Below are positions 34,886-35,935 of a DNA stretch of 35,935 nucleotides, piece by piece. The stretch's first letter is position 1; every line of letters begins with the position of its first letter. The notes below the pieces were generated by a model. The model was not told where the DNA came from, did not search any database, and worked only from the letters and a program-made list of their open reading frames with translations. The stretch lies in NCBI RefSeq assembly GCF_001194135.2, contig NC_068982.1, forward strand, positions 144,351,967-144,387,901. The letters are read 5' to 3'. This DNA comes from Octopus bimaculoides. Its lineage: Eukaryota. A program made the translations under genes and the position numbers.

Positions 34886-35102
34886 AAAACATCAAACTGG
34901 CAACAGTTTTCTTGATATATACTAATTCCATTTAGAGCACGATACTTTCTTCCAAACTGTTCTAAGTCTGAAAGCCATTTTAGTCAGAAATTCTAATTGT
35001 GTTTAACATTAAATCATAAACCATCATCAATTATAAGATATTAGTGAGATATTCTAATTTTGTTGATAAAGTAGCTCTGTAGAACAATATCTGATAAATA
35101 TC

Positions 35103-35149
35103 TTACCCGTGCCAACATGGAAAGTGGATGTTAAAGGATGATGATGATA
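35103..35149 (+). mobile_element. Short RTE-type 3' tail
   Basis: cccgtgccaacatggaaagtggatgttaaaggatgatgatgat. Confidence 0.75.
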
Positions 35150-35559
35150 TCATATATTCTCCAGTATATCTTTTCTGACTGGAAGATGAGTGATTTAGTG
35201 TCTGTTCTGATGTATATAATTCAAAAATGTCAAAACAAAGCCTTCGTCAAAATTTAAGAGAGGCCTTATCTAAATCTAATACCATTTTAATGAGTTAATC
35301 TTAAGCACATTTCCTATACAGTTAATAACAATGCCTTATTCCTCTAATTTATTTGCACTACTATATTAAGAACTATCAAATACATTGAATCCATTTATCA
35401 AAAACTGAGAACAGATTTTTCCCTTTATATTTCAAAGAAATATTTAATTTTTGCAGCTAACAGAAAAGTAAAATGGCGATACAATGTTGAAATTTATTAT
35501 AATTAATAGTCTAATAAAGATGAAAATCATACTTAATAATAATAATAATAATAATAATA

Positions 35560-35890
35560 GTAGAGGAATCCTTTGGGGTTTGGATAATTCACCTCTGAAA
35601 ACATGGGTGTTTCGTTCAACATCCTTAAACAACCCTTATTAAAGAACCTTTTGAGTGGGATGGGCTACTCAAACTTCTAACTGGACCCTACCTGCAAGGT
35701 CATGCATTGATATGAGATCATAATGTCACACACATATGGTTGTGATGCATGTGCCTAGGGTAGCCTTATCAGTCGGGAAGTCACAATGGGTATACTGAGT
35801 TTCGTATATTTTACCCCAGTGTTACTTTGATGGCATGCATTGCTCTCTCACTCAATAATAATAGTAATAATAATAATAATAATAATTATT
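35560..35890 (+). mobile_element. Probable retroposon 3' portion with (AAT)n tail, inserted after an (AAT)n tract
   Basis: A GC-richer block is bounded by (AAT)n on both sides and ends ctctctcactc-(aat)n. It is single-copy in this window, so the family is not verified. Confidence 0.4.
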
Positions 35891-35935
35891 ATAAAATACA
35901 TAGGGTACTCAATGAACAAATGGCAAACAGTGCTA

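Noticed and set aside
34449-34935. ORFs of 76 and 151 aa rich in YI
   Set aside because: Translation of (AT)n plus an interspersed repeat.

Overview
AT-rich animal genomic DNA, most likely Octopus (coleoid cephalopod). That taxon is inferred from recalled SINE and RTE repeat families and has not been searched. The only host coding sequence I can support is two minus-strand exons of a FRMD4A/FRMD4B-type FERM-domain gene: 31168-31233 (MTEGRKTQVILLDENRLDITIQ) and 7743-7837 (PKLYTKDLLDLVASHLNLKEKEYFGLYYLDE+AA). A 23,330-bp phase-0 GT-AG intron joins them. The rest of the window appears intronic and is filled with decayed RTE-clade LINE pieces, at least three tRNA-derived SINE families (my labels A, B, D), two hAT-type MITEs with 8-bp TSDs, piggyBac-like MITE fragments, microsatellites and two N gaps. 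Nearly all ORFs in the supplied track are spurious or TE remnants. I found no convincing wholly new biological system. The best leads are a candidate 41-nt poison or alternative exon, inverted SINEs bracketing the ATG exon, a target sequence shared by two different hAT MITEs, head-to-tail SINE stacking, modular SINEs and a sense-strand bias of RTE remnants. Exon, MITE and family-D SINE coordinates were counted by hand to the base. Boundaries of degraded repeats are approximate (tens of bp).
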